Source of the DNA: an uncultured Candidatus Saccharibacteria bacterium
GTDB taxonomy: Bacteria > Patescibacteriota > Dojkabacteria > J137
Direction: 5' to 3'
Assembly (NCBI GenBank): GCA_964414295.1
Contig: CAYPVU010000031.1
Location: forward strand, 17,885-81,884
Length of the DNA stretch: 64,000 bases
A program made the translations under genes and the position numbers. Below the pieces are notes generated by a model. It did not search any database and had not been told where the DNA came from. It saw nothing but the letters and a program-made list of their open reading frames with translations. Every line of letters begins with the position of its first letter. Position 1 is the first letter of the stretch. Below are positions 49,744-60,298 of the stretch, piece after piece.

Positions 49744-49804
49744 GTTTTATTTACTTTTAATCGTTATAATTAGCTGTTAACCAAGTAATATTACTTTAAT
49801 TTGT

Positions 49805-50911
49805 ATGAAAAAGAAAATCTTAATTGTATTAGCAGATGTGGGTAATGGACATCGTTCAGCAGCAAACGCATTAATAGAAACCTTTAAAACCTTAAATTCA
49901 GAACATGAAATAAAAGCTATTGATTTATTTGAGTTAGCTGATGTTCAGCCCTTTAATAGTTCAAACGATACTTATTCTTTAGTTTCTAAAAACTATGTAT
50001 TTGAAGAGTTTAATAATTTGCTTTTTAAATTATTCAATACCTCTATAGGATCAAAGTTATTTTCTCAATACACTACATCTTTAATGTATTCCGAATGTTT
50101 AAAAATCATTAAAGAAGAAGATCCTGATTTAATTATTTCAGTACATCCAATTATAAGTATTATTATTTCTTCAATAAAAAGTAGATCAGATCTTAAATTT
50201 AAGTATGTAAATGTAGTAACAGATTTAATAACTTTATTTAGAGGATGGGGAAGTAAAGTTGCCGATCTAACATTTGCGCCCACAGTTGGTGCTTATCATA
50301 AACTCGTAGAATTTGGGTTAGAACCAAGTAAAATTGAATATCCATATTTTCCTATAAATCCTGCTTTAAAAAATAAAAGAAGTAAAAAAGAAATTATGGA
50401 TGAGCTAGGATTTAACAATAATCTACCAATAATTACTATTACTGGAGGAGGGGTTGGTACAGTTGCATTAAAAAAGGCAGTTAGAATTATTCAAAAAAGA
50501 AAGGACTTTAATCTAATAGTTATTTGCGGAAAATCAGCAGAGTTAAGAGAGGAATTAATTACTAAATACAAAGGCGATAATAATCTTAAAGTGCTCGGAT
50601 ATGTAAATAATATACAGGATTACTTTGAGGTTTCTGAAATTATTATTAGTAAACCTGGTCCTGCAACTGTTTTAGAGATTCAACTCTTTAATAAAAAAGC
50701 AATCATAACTAAACCTATTGGTGAACAAGAAAAAGGGAATATTGATCTTGCTCTAGAATCCAATAAATTTAAATATATAGGAAACAACTGGGATTTATTG
50801 AATTCCTCACTAGACTATCTTAGAAACCTTGAAGTTGAGGAAGTTTCAATAGGAAGAAGTTTTGATGAATCCGAAATTATCGTAAAAAGAATACTAGAAT
50901 TGTTAGATTAA
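49805..50911 (+). CDS. MGDG-synthase/UgtP-like diacylglycerol glycosyltransferase (GT28)
   Basis: ILIVLADVGNGHRSAANAL N-terminal motif and a C-terminal GT28 region. Confidence 0.7.
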   Translation: MKKKILIVLADVGNGHRSAANALIETFKTLNSEHEIKAIDLFELADVQPFNSSNDTYSLVSKNYVFEEFNNLLFKLFNTSIGSKLFSQYTTSLMYSECLKIIKEEDPDLIISVHPIISIIISSIKSRSDLKFKYVNVVTDLITLFRGWGSKVADLTFAPTVGAYHKLVEFGLEPSKIEYPYFPINPALKNKRSKKEIMDELGFNNNLPIITITGGGVGTVALKKAVRIIQKRKDFNLIVICGKSAELREELITKYKGDNNLKVLGYVNNIQDYFEVSEIIISKPGPATVLEIQLFNKKAIITKPIGEQEKGNIDLALESNKFKYIGNNWDLLNSSLDYLRNLEVEEVSIGRSFDESEIIVKRILELLD

Positions 50912-51006
50912 ATAGTTTAATTTCAGTAGTTATTATCACTTCACTAATCTACCTGCTAACTGATATAATTTTTAGCATTTGATTTGTATTATATAAAAAT
51001 AATCCT

Positions 51007-52104
51007 ATGTCTAAACGTGATTACTATGAAATATTAGGTGTTTCTAAGAGTGCTTCTAAAGAAGAGATTAAAAAATCTTATAGATCTTTAGCTAAACAAT
51101 ACCATCCAGATAGAAATAAAAGCTCCGATGCAGAATCTAAGTTTAAAGAGGTGCAAGAAGCATATGAAGTGTTAAGTGATGATCAGAAAAGAAAAGCCTA
51201 TGATCAATACGGCTTTGCGGGTACTCAAGCATTTGGGGGACAGAGCGGTTTTGGCGGAGGATTTAATGGATTTGAAGGTTTTCAATCTGATTTAGGTGGA
51301 TTTGAAGATCTATTAGGCAACTTCTTCGGATCTTCTTTTGGAGGGTTTGGATTTAACGGAAATTCCCAAAAAGAAACAAGAGATAATAAAGGTGAAGATT
51401 TAGAATTTAATTTACAGGTAGAATTTAGTGAGGCAATTTTTGGAGCTGAAAAAATTGTTAAATATAAAAGAAATGTAAAGTGTGATGTATGTAAAGGTAG
51501 TGGAGCTAAAAATGGTAAACCTAAAAAATGTACAACTTGTGAAGGAAAAGGAAAGGTAGTACAAATTCAAAATACTTTACTAGGCAGAATGCAAATTGTA
51601 AATACTTGTCCAACATGCAATGGAAGTGGAGAAATGATTGAAGATAAATGTCCTAATTGTAAAGGCGATGGTTTAATAAGCAAACAGGAAGAGTTTAAAG
51701 TAAAAGTACCAGCTGGTATTCCGGATTCCGTAACATTAAGATTTAGGGAGCAAGGAAATTATGGAAGAAATGGTGGGAGAGCTGGAGATTTATTTGTAAC
51801 TATTGAAGTGAAAGCGCATAAATCCCTTGAAAGAAGAGGAGATGATATCTACCTAGATAAAGAAATAGATATAGCTACAGCAGTTCTAGGTGGTGAAGTA
51901 GAAGTAGAAACAGTTCATGGAGAAGTTTTAATGAATGTGCCTGCAGGTACTCAAAGTGAACAAGTTTTAAGATTAAAAGGAAAAGGGGGACCTAAATTTA
52001 GGGGAAGTGGTAACGGAGATCAATTTGTGAAAGTAATTTTAAAAGTTCCACAAAAATTGACAAAAGATCAACGAAAATTATGGGAGCAACTTAAAAATAC
52101 TTGA
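51007..52104 (+). CDS. dnaJ: Chaperone DnaJ
   Basis: J-domain with HPD, a Gly/Phe-rich region and four CxxCxGxG zinc-finger repeats. Confidence 0.9.
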   Translation: MSKRDYYEILGVSKSASKEEIKKSYRSLAKQYHPDRNKSSDAESKFKEVQEAYEVLSDDQKRKAYDQYGFAGTQAFGGQSGFGGGFNGFEGFQSDLGGFEDLLGNFFGSSFGGFGFNGNSQKETRDNKGEDLEFNLQVEFSEAIFGAEKIVKYKRNVKCDVCKGSGAKNGKPKKCTTCEGKGKVVQIQNTLLGRMQIVNTCPTCNGSGEMIEDKCPNCKGDGLISKQEEFKVKVPAGIPDSVTLRFREQGNYGRNGGRAGDLFVTIEVKAHKSLERRGDDIYLDKEIDIATAVLGGEVEVETVHGEVLMNVPAGTQSEQVLRLKGKGGPKFRGSGNGDQFVKVILKVPQKLTKDQRKLWEQLKNT

Positions 52105-52145
52105 GTTTTTTGAAGGCTTATACAGTATAGTGTTTCACGATTTTG

Positions 52146-52175
52146 TTGACAAAAAAGAATTTAGCTAAATATAAT
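52146..52175 (+). promoter_or_regulatory. Sigma70-like promoter TTGACA-18-TATAAT
   Basis: Consensus hexamers 60 nt upstream of ORF 52236. Confidence 0.5.
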
Positions 52176-52235
52176 GAAACTATCAGCAAATTTTTGATAA
52201 TTCAAAAGTTTTCAAAATAGTTTTAATAGCTAAAT

Positions 52236-53009
52236 ATGATAGACCTATCTGACCTTTGTGGGTTGCCTATACAGTTTGACAATGATAATTCAACTTTTCT
52301 TCTATCCGAAGATTTGTCTTGTGAAGGAGAAATTAAAGTAAAACTCTCAGAAATAACTCCTATTCTTTTAAATAAATATTTAAGATATCCTGAGTTTGTT
52401 TACACTCATAGAAGGAATATTAGTTCTAAAGACTTTTTTTGTGATGGAGTTTCTTACGATTTAATGCATATTCCTTTTGGACTCTTAGGAATTGAATATA
52501 TAAAAACACATGTATATTATTCGGACAGAGTAGAAGGTAAGTATGATTGTATTGTTGAAGTATTGCAAGGTGAAATGACTGTAGTATTGCAAAAGAATGA
52601 ACCTAAATTAGATGAGTGGCAATATAATACTGGTGTGGAAGATCTTTCTATTATTGTTTTAAGAAAAGGACACAAATTAGCAATTCCTACTGGCTATTTT
52701 TATACATTTGTTAATACAGGTTCAGTTCCATTATTAATATCTAGAATTAGTGCAGTTCATAGACATGCCCCTGTAGATTATGAGATTTTAAAAAGAGAAA
52801 AAGGTCTAGCTTGTTATATTATTTCTAAGAATGCCAAAATAGAAACGGTTGCAAATCCTAAATATAAAGTTCCTGCAAAGCTAAAACCCACAAGCATGAC
52901 TACATTTATAGAAAAAAAATCTCAAGACGAATCTCAAAAACAAATTTTCAAAACAAAGGAACCTCTTGCTAAAATGATTGATAATATAAAATCATTTGTT
53001 TTGCTTTAA
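52236..53009 (+). CDS. hypothetical protein, possibly cupin-fold
   Basis: Beta-strand-rich sequence with His/Glu residues. Weak assignment. Confidence 0.3.
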   Translation: MIDLSDLCGLPIQFDNDNSTFLLSEDLSCEGEIKVKLSEITPILLNKYLRYPEFVYTHRRNISSKDFFCDGVSYDLMHIPFGLLGIEYIKTHVYYSDRVEGKYDCIVEVLQGEMTVVLQKNEPKLDEWQYNTGVEDLSIIVLRKGHKLAIPTGYFYTFVNTGSVPLLISRISAVHRHAPVDYEILKREKGLACYIISKNAKIETVANPKYKVPAKLKPTSMTTFIEKKSQDESQKQIFKTKEPLAKMIDNIKSFVLL

Positions 53010-53015
53010 TCTTAA

Positions 53016-53735
53016 GTGAATATAGAATTCAAATTACAGTATAACTATTTAACTCTGCTACTGGCTCTTAACATAGTCATTTTTATACTCGCCTTAGTAT
53101 TTGATAATATTGTTGGATTTGATGGTAGTTCATTCTATTTATTTGGAGGACAAATTACCTCTCAAATTAGAGCAGGGGATTGGTGGTTATTAGTTACTCC
53201 TAACTTTTTTCATATAGATATTCTACACTTTGTTTTTAACTTAATATCGCTTTATAGAATTGGACAAATTGCAATGTATTATTACAGCGGTAGAAAGGTG
53301 TTTTTAACTTATATTTTTGGTGGAATTGCTGGTGTCTGGCTTTCTTATGTAGTTTCCTCTTTAGCTGGTAGTAATGTCTTTTCTTTGGGTGCATCAGCAA
53401 GTATTTTTGCTTTAATTGGCTTATTACTTGGGGGTACATTTAGAAAGAATCGATTTGGACAAGAATTGCCATTTTCTGTCACAGACATAGCACCATTTAT
53501 AATTATTTCGCTACTGTTTGGTGTAATGCCAGGTCTTAATATAAATAATTGGGCTCATTTAGGCGGATTAATTGGAGGCACAATTCTTGGTTTCTTAATT
53601 CCTAATTCTTTAACTAAGTATTCAAGCAAACCAGAAAAAGCTGTTACTGAATCACTTTACTGGGGAGCATTAATTATTTTTATAATAAGTTACATAGCGT
53701 TATTTATTAATGCTTATAATCTTATAACTCAATAG
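53016..53735 (+). CDS. Rhomboid-family intramembrane serine protease
   Basis: GASASIFALIG (catalytic Ser) and AHLGGLIGG (catalytic His) across 6 TM helices. Confidence 0.75.
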   Translation: MNIEFKLQYNYLTLLLALNIVIFILALVFDNIVGFDGSSFYLFGGQITSQIRAGDWWLLVTPNFFHIDILHFVFNLISLYRIGQIAMYYYSGRKVFLTYIFGGIAGVWLSYVVSSLAGSNVFSLGASASIFALIGLLLGGTFRKNRFGQELPFSVTDIAPFIIISLLFGVMPGLNINNWAHLGGLIGGTILGFLIPNSLTKYSSKPEKAVTESLYWGALIIFIISYIALFINAYNLITQ

Positions 53736-53736
53736 T

Positions 53737-55086
53737 ATGAAAAACCTTATCCAACTTTATCTAATAAGACCAATAAAAAAATATTTTCATATTACGGAAT
53801 CCGTATTTCAATCAATTAAACTTAAAAATCCATCAAGGAATTTAAAATTAATTGCAGTAACAGGAACTTCTGGTAAATCCTCTACATCTACAATGATTTA
53901 TCATGTATTAAAAGAGTTAGGATTTAGTACCGGATTAATTTCTACAGTAGAAGCAGTTGCTGGTAATAAAACAATAGATACCGGATTGCATGTAACAACT
54001 CCAGATGCTAAGGAGCTACAAAGTATTTTAAGCAAAATGAGAGATGAATCCATAGCTTATGTTGTTATGGAATCTTCTTCACACGCAATAGACCAGGGTA
54101 GATTAGGATTATTAAAACTAGATTATGCTGTGTACACAAATATTAAAAGAGATCACTTAGATTGGCATTTAACTTGGGAAAATTATGCTAAAGCAAAAGC
54201 AGGACTTATAAATAAACTAAAAAAAGTAGGTAAGGTAATTGTAAATAAAGATGATAGTAATTCATATGATTTTTTAAGACAGTACTATTATTCATTAACT
54301 AAAAATCCTTTAAATTTTGTTGAATATTCAAAAAGTTCAGAGGTAAGCAATATTAAAGAAACTCTAGAGGGGTTAACTTTTACATATAAAGATACTATAT
54401 TTCAGATTCCTGTAATCGGTAGCTATAATATCGATAATGCTTTGGCAGCAATTAAAATAGCAGAAGATTTAGGTGCAGAACTACCAAAGATAGCTAATTC
54501 CTTAAGGAGTTTTAAAGGAGTAAAAGGAAGAATGGAAGTAATTCAAAATAAACCCTTTATGGTAATTGTAGATTTTGCACATAATGCAGATTCTTTAGAA
54601 AAATCCCTAGATTCTATAAGAAAAATTAGTGGTGTAAATAGAATAATATCTGTTTTTGGATCTGCAGGTTTAAGAGATAGAGAGAAACGATTTACTATGG
54701 GCAATGTTGCAGCTAAATATTCTAATATTGTAATTGCTACTGCAGAAGATTCCAGAACAGAAAGTTTATTTGATATTAATTCTAAAATTATTGATGGAGC
54801 TAAAGAAAATGGCGCAGAGTTAGTAACAAGATTTAGTAATCATGATCAGTATGTTGATTACATTAAAAATACAGAAAATTTAAATATTGAAGGTAAAAAG
54901 GTATTTGCATTTGATGAAGAAACAGTCGATTCCAGATTTGATGCAATTGATTTGGCTGTAAGACTAGCAAAAGAAGGTGATGTTGTAATTACAGAAGGAA
55001 AAGGACACGAAAAATCTTTATGTTTTGGTACTACTGAATATCCTTTCACAGATCAAGAGGCAGTAGAAAAAGCTTTAAACAATTAA
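53737..55086 (+). CDS. Mur ligase family protein (MurE-like)
   Basis: IAVTGTSGKSST P-loop and DHLDWH. Confidence 0.7.
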   Translation: MKNLIQLYLIRPIKKYFHITESVFQSIKLKNPSRNLKLIAVTGTSGKSSTSTMIYHVLKELGFSTGLISTVEAVAGNKTIDTGLHVTTPDAKELQSILSKMRDESIAYVVMESSSHAIDQGRLGLLKLDYAVYTNIKRDHLDWHLTWENYAKAKAGLINKLKKVGKVIVNKDDSNSYDFLRQYYYSLTKNPLNFVEYSKSSEVSNIKETLEGLTFTYKDTIFQIPVIGSYNIDNALAAIKIAEDLGAELPKIANSLRSFKGVKGRMEVIQNKPFMVIVDFAHNADSLEKSLDSIRKISGVNRIISVFGSAGLRDREKRFTMGNVAAKYSNIVIATAEDSRTESLFDINSKIIDGAKENGAELVTRFSNHDQYVDYIKNTENLNIEGKKVFAFDEETVDSRFDAIDLAVRLAKEGDVVITEGKGHEKSLCFGTTEYPFTDQEAVEKALNN

Positions 55087-55144
55087 TTTGACTACTTTTT
55101 ATTACGGTGTACACTTTAAAGGTATCATTTTTAAATTAACTTAA

Positions 55145-56056
55145 ATGAAATCTTTAAAGAATCAAATCTCTAGGTATAAAAAACTTATTATATTCCTTTT
55201 AATTGTTTTGACTGTATTATTATTTGTTGTTTTTAGAAGTGCACGATCAGTTAATAGTACAACCAATTTAGTAATTGAAAAAGTTCAAACACGAAATGTA
55301 GAACAGAAAGTGTCAGCAGATGGCAATATTCAAGGATTAGATAAAAGAGTAGTATATTTTACTCCTAATCAAAAAGTAACTGAGATTAGAGTAAATATTG
55401 GAGGTCAAGTAAATAAAGATGATGTACTTGCAGTATTAACAACCGTTGACGGTAGGAATATTAATACAGAGATAAGATCACCAATTAATGGAATAGTAAC
55501 TGAATCTAACTATAAGCAAAATGATATTGTAAGTGCAGTATCTTCTGAAGGTTTTGTAATTGTTGATACATCTTCTTATAAAATTGAATTACAAGTAAAT
55601 GAAAATGATATTGCTAATTTAAAGGCAGGACAACCTTCTAGAATTACATACCCTGCAATCTCTATAGATGAGGAATATTTAGGTGAAGTTGAAAGTGTTT
55701 CCCCTGACTCTTTAGCTGACAGTGCAGCTGTAACTTACAGAGTAATTGTTAAGCCTACAGAAGTTCCAGAAGGATTAAAATTAGGAATGTCTGCAAATGT
55801 AGTAATAACAACTGCACAAGCAGTGAATGTAATTGCTATTCCAGAAAGCTTTATTGTAGAAAAAGACGATAAAGTATATTTAAAGTTTTTAAATTGGACA
55901 GATTCAGAAAAAACTAATTACACAATAGAAGAAAAAGAAGTCCAAATTGGTTTAAGAACAGATGAATATATAGAATTAAAATCTGGAGCTAAGGACGGAG
56001 ATGAAGTAGTTGAACCTGAATTTGAACCACAAAGATTAAGTATTTTTGGTAATTAA
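55145..56056 (+). CDS. Efflux transporter periplasmic adaptor (HlyD/MacA-like)
   Basis: N-terminal TM helix and a biotinyl/lipoyl-like beta region. Forms an operon with the ABC genes. Confidence 0.6.
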   Translation: MKSLKNQISRYKKLIIFLLIVLTVLLFVVFRSARSVNSTTNLVIEKVQTRNVEQKVSADGNIQGLDKRVVYFTPNQKVTEIRVNIGGQVNKDDVLAVLTTVDGRNINTEIRSPINGIVTESNYKQNDIVSAVSSEGFVIVDTSSYKIELQVNENDIANLKAGQPSRITYPAISIDEEYLGEVESVSPDSLADSAAVTYRVIVKPTEVPEGLKLGMSANVVITTAQAVNVIAIPESFIVEKDDKVYLKFLNWTDSEKTNYTIEEKEVQIGLRTDEYIELKSGAKDGDEVVEPEFEPQRLSIFGN

Positions 56057-56752
56057 ATGACATCAAAAAAATCAGATACTACAACAAATCTAATAGAGTT
56101 AAGAAATGTTTTTAAATCCTATAACCTAAATAAGGACAATGAGTTTAGAGCCTTGCGGGATGTTGATTTAATAATTAAAAAAGGAGAGTTTGTAGCAATC
56201 ATGGGTCCATCTGGATCTGGTAAATCAACATTAATGAATATACTTGGAGCACTGGATACGCCGACTAGTGGACATTATATTATAAATGGTACAGATATAA
56301 GCAAGTTCACAGACGATCAATTAGCGGATTTTAGAAACAAAGACGTAGGATTTGTTTTTCAGCAATTTAATTTGTTGCCGAGAATAAATGTAAAACAAAA
56401 TGTTTTATTACCAACTCTATACGGAAAGATTGAAAGTAAAGAAGAAAGATTAAAAGAGGTTTTATCTAAAGTTGGTTTGCTTGAAAAAATTAATAATAAA
56501 TCTAATCAATTATCTGGAGGGCAGGTGCAAAGAGTTGCAATCGCTAGAGCTTTAATAATGAATCCTTCTATTATTATGGCAGACGAACCGACCGGTAACC
56601 TAGATACTAAGACATCCAAGGAAATAATGCAGATATTTAATGATTTAAATAAGGAAGGGAATACTATTATTTTAGTTACTCACGAAGAAGATATTGCAGC
56701 ATATGCAAAACGGATTATTAGAATTAAAGATGGGGAAATAGTTAAACAATAA
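56057..56752 (+). CDS. ABC transporter ATP-binding protein (MacB/LolD-like)
   Basis: GPSGSGKSTL, LSGGQVQRVAIARAL and ADEPTGNLD motifs. Confidence 0.85.
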   Translation: MTSKKSDTTTNLIELRNVFKSYNLNKDNEFRALRDVDLIIKKGEFVAIMGPSGSGKSTLMNILGALDTPTSGHYIINGTDISKFTDDQLADFRNKDVGFVFQQFNLLPRINVKQNVLLPTLYGKIESKEERLKEVLSKVGLLEKINNKSNQLSGGQVQRVAIARALIMNPSIIMADEPTGNLDTKTSKEIMQIFNDLNKEGNTIILVTHEEDIAAYAKRIIRIKDGEIVKQ

Positions 56753-56754
56753 TT

Positions 56755-57972
56755 ATGTTTATAGATACATTTAAAATTGCATTAGACTCAATGAAAGCTA
56801 ACAAAGTGAGAGCTTTGTTAACTATGCTTGGTATTATTATCGGCATTTCTTCGGTAATAGCAGCATTATCGATAGGACAGGCAGCACAATCAGTGATTTT
56901 AGAACAAGTAGAAGGTTTAGGATCTAATACTATTACTATAACATCTGGAAACTTTGCTACAGCATTTAGAAGTAGAGCAAGAGCATTAAGTGCATTGAAT
57001 ACCAAAATAGATTATAGAATTGTTGATTTATTGAAAAATCCTGTAAAGTTTAAAGATATAAAAGATTTATCTCCAGAAAGTACTTCGAGTCAAGAAATAT
57101 TTTATCAGTCTAAATCAGATACCGTAACGGTTTATGGTATAACAGAATCTCATTTTAATGTAAGACAGTTAAGTATAGATAAGGGTAGATTAATAACCAA
57201 TATAGATAATAATAAAGTTAAAAAGAATTTAGTTTTAGGGTCTTCAATTGCTAAAACATTATTTGGAGAAAGTGATCCTATAAATAAAACAGTAAAGGTA
57301 AAGGGTGCATCCTATACTGTAGTAGGCGTGTTAGTAGAGAAGGGTAATAGTAATTTTGATGAAGCAGTATATATTCCACTTAATACCTTAAATGCTTTGA
57401 TTACAGGTGATAAAAATTTAAATCAAATAGTTGTGCAGGTAAGCGAAGAAAGCAGGATTGATTCTTTAACTGGCAAAATACAAGATTCCTTGATGGAATA
57501 CTATCGAATTAAAGATTTAGAAAAAGCAAGATTTAGTGTTATTAGTTCAAAAGATATTTTAAGTTTAACAGAAAGCATAACTAGTATTTTTACTGTGCTA
57601 CTTGCGAGTATAGCAGGAATATCCTTAGTTGTTGGTGGAATAGGTATTATGAATATAATGTTAGTATCAGTAAGTGAGAGGACAAAAGAAATCGGGCTAA
57701 GAAAGGCAGTTGGAGCAAAACAAAATGCAATTCTTTTACAATTTTTAATAGAAGCTATTGTTTTAACATTGAGTGGGGGATTAATTGGTATGGTATTAGG
57801 AATTCTTTTAGGAATGCTTATTGGAGCTGTTGGAGGAATTGCAGTTGGAGTCTCTATTAATGCTATAGTTTTATCTGTATCGGTATCTGTAACCATTGGG
57901 ATTATATTTGGATTCTATCCTGCCTATAGGGCTTCTAAATTGAATCCAATAGAAGCCTTAAAGTATGAATAA
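56755..57972 (+). CDS. ABC transporter permease, FtsX/MacB-like
   Basis: MacB periplasmic domain plus a C-terminal FtsX-like 3-TM bundle. Confidence 0.8.
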   Translation: MFIDTFKIALDSMKANKVRALLTMLGIIIGISSVIAALSIGQAAQSVILEQVEGLGSNTITITSGNFATAFRSRARALSALNTKIDYRIVDLLKNPVKFKDIKDLSPESTSSQEIFYQSKSDTVTVYGITESHFNVRQLSIDKGRLITNIDNNKVKKNLVLGSSIAKTLFGESDPINKTVKVKGASYTVVGVLVEKGNSNFDEAVYIPLNTLNALITGDKNLNQIVVQVSEESRIDSLTGKIQDSLMEYYRIKDLEKARFSVISSKDILSLTESITSIFTVLLASIAGISLVVGGIGIMNIMLVSVSERTKEIGLRKAVGAKQNAILLQFLIEAIVLTLSGGLIGMVLGILLGMLIGAVGGIAVGVSINAIVLSVSVSVTIGIIFGFYPAYRASKLNPIEALKYE

Positions 57973-58516
57973 TTATTTAATACTTGCTGGTCCAATCGCT
58001 ATATTTCTTACGTTAATCTCTATTGCCTTATCGTTAGCTAATTATAAAGACTTTAATATCCTTAACAATGTAATAAGTGATCTAGGCAATTCTGACTCCC
58101 AGCACCTCTTCAATGCGTCTTTAGTATTATCTGGAATCCTAATTAATATTTTTTCCTTAACTCTTTATAAAAAGTTAAAGCTTACGGTTAATATTCTTTT
58201 TACACTACTGATATCTGGAATTAGTTTAAGTATGTTGGGGATTGTTCGAACTCCTGTAGAAAATATTTGGAATCTAGAAAGACTACTCCATTGGGGATTT
58301 GCGCTAATACTATTTCTAGGATATCCAATAGGTATGTATTTAGTAGGTAAGCAAACAAATCTTAAATTCAGTAAATATTACGGAATTCTTTTATTGGGAG
58401 TATTGCTATTTCTCCTTTTTATTAGTCCAAGCAGATTTATTATTCAGGTTATAGGTATAATTTTAATATATTTATGGATATTAGTTATGTCAGTAATAGC
58501 CATCAAACGTAGATAA
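57965..58516 (+). CDS. hypothetical membrane protein
   Basis: 5-6 TM helices. Confidence 0.4.
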   Translation: MNNYLILAGPIAIFLTLISIALSLANYKDFNILNNVISDLGNSDSQHLFNASLVLSGILINIFSLTLYKKLKLTVNILFTLLISGISLSMLGIVRTPVENIWNLERLLHWGFALILFLGYPIGMYLVGKQTNLKFSKYYGILLLGVLLFLLFISPSRFIIQVIGIILIYLWILVMSVIAIKRR

Positions 58517-58534
58517 TATTGTATAATCAGCCAT

Positions 58535-60298
58535 ATGGATATTAAAGAATTAATAAAAACTACAATTTCAAAATATTTAGAGCAATTAGGTGTATCTGTA
58601 GATGTGGAGCTTGAAACTCCAAAAGATAAAACACATGGAGATTTAACAACTAATATTGCTTTAAAGGTTTCTAAAAGTTTAAATAAAAATCCAAGAGAAT
58701 TTGCTAACCAAATAATAGAGTTATTTAAAGATTTAAATCCTATCAGCAAAGTAGAAGTGGCGGGTCCTGGTTTTTTAAACTTTTACCTTAATCAAAACCT
58801 TACAAAATCTATAATAAATAATATTTTAGAGAATAGTGAATTCGGTAACAGCAATTGGGGGAAAGATCAAACCTGGTTAATTGAGCATACGTCCCCAAAT
58901 CCAAATAAAGCAATGCATTTAGGTCATTTAAGAAATAATGTAACAGGAATGGCAATTTCTAATTTGGCTAAAGCAGTAGGTGTTAATGTAATAATGGATT
59001 GTATAGATAATAATAGAGGAATTGCAATTGCAAAGTTAATGTGGGGATATTTAAAATTTGCAAATAAAGACTCATTAAAAAATGTAGAAGATATAAATTA
59101 CTGGTATAACAACCAAGAAGAATGGCTTACTCCCGAAGATCTTAATGTAAGTCCAGACAAGTTTATGGATATGCTTTATGTAAAAGGATCAGAGGATTTT
59201 AAGGATCCTAATGCTGAAGCTAAAGTTAGAAAATTAGTAGTTGATTGGGAAAGTGAAGATAAAGTTACATGGGAACTTTGGAGGAAAGTTTTAAATTACG
59301 TTTATCAGGGTCAAGCAGCAACTTTAAAAAGATTAGGCAGTCACTGGGATTATGTATGGCATGAACATGAGCACTACAAAGAAGGAAAAGATATTGTAGA
59401 AGAAGGGTTAAAAAGGGGCATTTTCCAAAAGTTGGAAAATGGAGCAATTATGACTAATCTAAAGGATTATAAATTAGCAGATACTATTGTAATTAAAAAA
59501 GATGGTACTTCTTTATACATTACCCAGGATTTAGCCCTGACAAGAAAAAAGATAGAAAAGTTTCATCCAACAAAAATGTTTTGGGTTATAGGTCCAGAGC
59601 AAACGCTTGCTATGAAGCAGGTATTTGCAGTTTCTGATCAATTAGGTTTTGGAAATTACAAAGACTTTAATCATATTGCATATGGATTTATTAGTATAAA
59701 AGGACAAGGAAAAATGAGTTCTAGAGCAGGAAATGTTATTTACATTGACGATTTATTAAATGATGCTAGAGATACAGTTTTAGAAAGAATAAAAAATGAA
59801 AGTTTATCTAATGAAGAAAAGACAGTAGTTGCAGAAAAGGTAGGATTAGCTGCTGTAAAGTATAGTATTTTAAAGGTTGGTAGATTAACAGACACAGCAT
59901 TTGATTTTGAAACTTCATTAGCATTTGATGGAGATTCCGGTCCATATTTAATGTATACATATGCTAGAGCTTCATCTATATTAAAACAAAAAAATGCTGA
60001 TTCTGTAAAAGATCTAGAAAATGCATACAATACAGTAGAGGAGCAGGACATAATAAGATTGCTAAATACTTTTGAGAATACAGTTTTAGAATCTGCTATT
60101 AATTATTCTCCAAATATTGTTGCTAACTTTTTATTTGAATTAGCTCAGGCTTTTAATAAATTCTATAATCAGCACTCGGTATTAAAAGCTGAAACCGAAG
60201 ACCTAATTTCTAGTAGAGTGGCTTTAACAGCTGCAACTGCAAAAGTTTTAAAAAAGGGGTTAGCTCTATTGGGTATTGAAACGGTTGAATCTATGTAA
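58535..60298 (+). CDS. argS: Arginyl-tRNA synthetase
   Basis: HTSPNPNKAMHLGHLRNN (HIGH) and C-terminal DALR anticodon-binding region. Confidence 0.9.
   Translation: MDIKELIKTTISKYLEQLGVSVDVELETPKDKTHGDLTTNIALKVSKSLNKNPREFANQIIELFKDLNPISKVEVAGPGFLNFYLNQNLTKSIINNILENSEFGNSNWGKDQTWLIEHTSPNPNKAMHLGHLRNNVTGMAISNLAKAVGVNVIMDCIDNNRGIAIAKLMWGYLKFANKDSLKNVEDINYWYNNQEEWLTPEDLNVSPDKFMDMLYVKGSEDFKDPNAEAKVRKLVVDWESEDKVTWELWRKVLNYVYQGQAATLKRLGSHWDYVWHEHEHYKEGKDIVEEGLKRGIFQKLENGAIMTNLKDYKLADTIVIKKDGTSLYITQDLALTRKKIEKFHPTKMFWVIGPEQTLAMKQVFAVSDQLGFGNYKDFNHIAYGFISIKGQGKMSSRAGNVIYIDDLLNDARDTVLERIKNESLSNEEKTVVAEKVGLAAVKYSILKVGRLTDTAFDFETSLAFDGDSGPYLMYTYARASSILKQKNADSVKDLENAYNTVEEQDIIRLLNTFENTVLESAINYSPNIVANFLFELAQAFNKFYNQHSVLKAETEDLISSRVALTAATAKVLKKGLALLGIETVESM

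Noticed and set aside
50912-51006. CIRCE (HrcA) operator upstream of dnaJ
   Set aside because: Only a TTAGCA half-site-like string was seen, with no inverted partner at 9-nt spacing.
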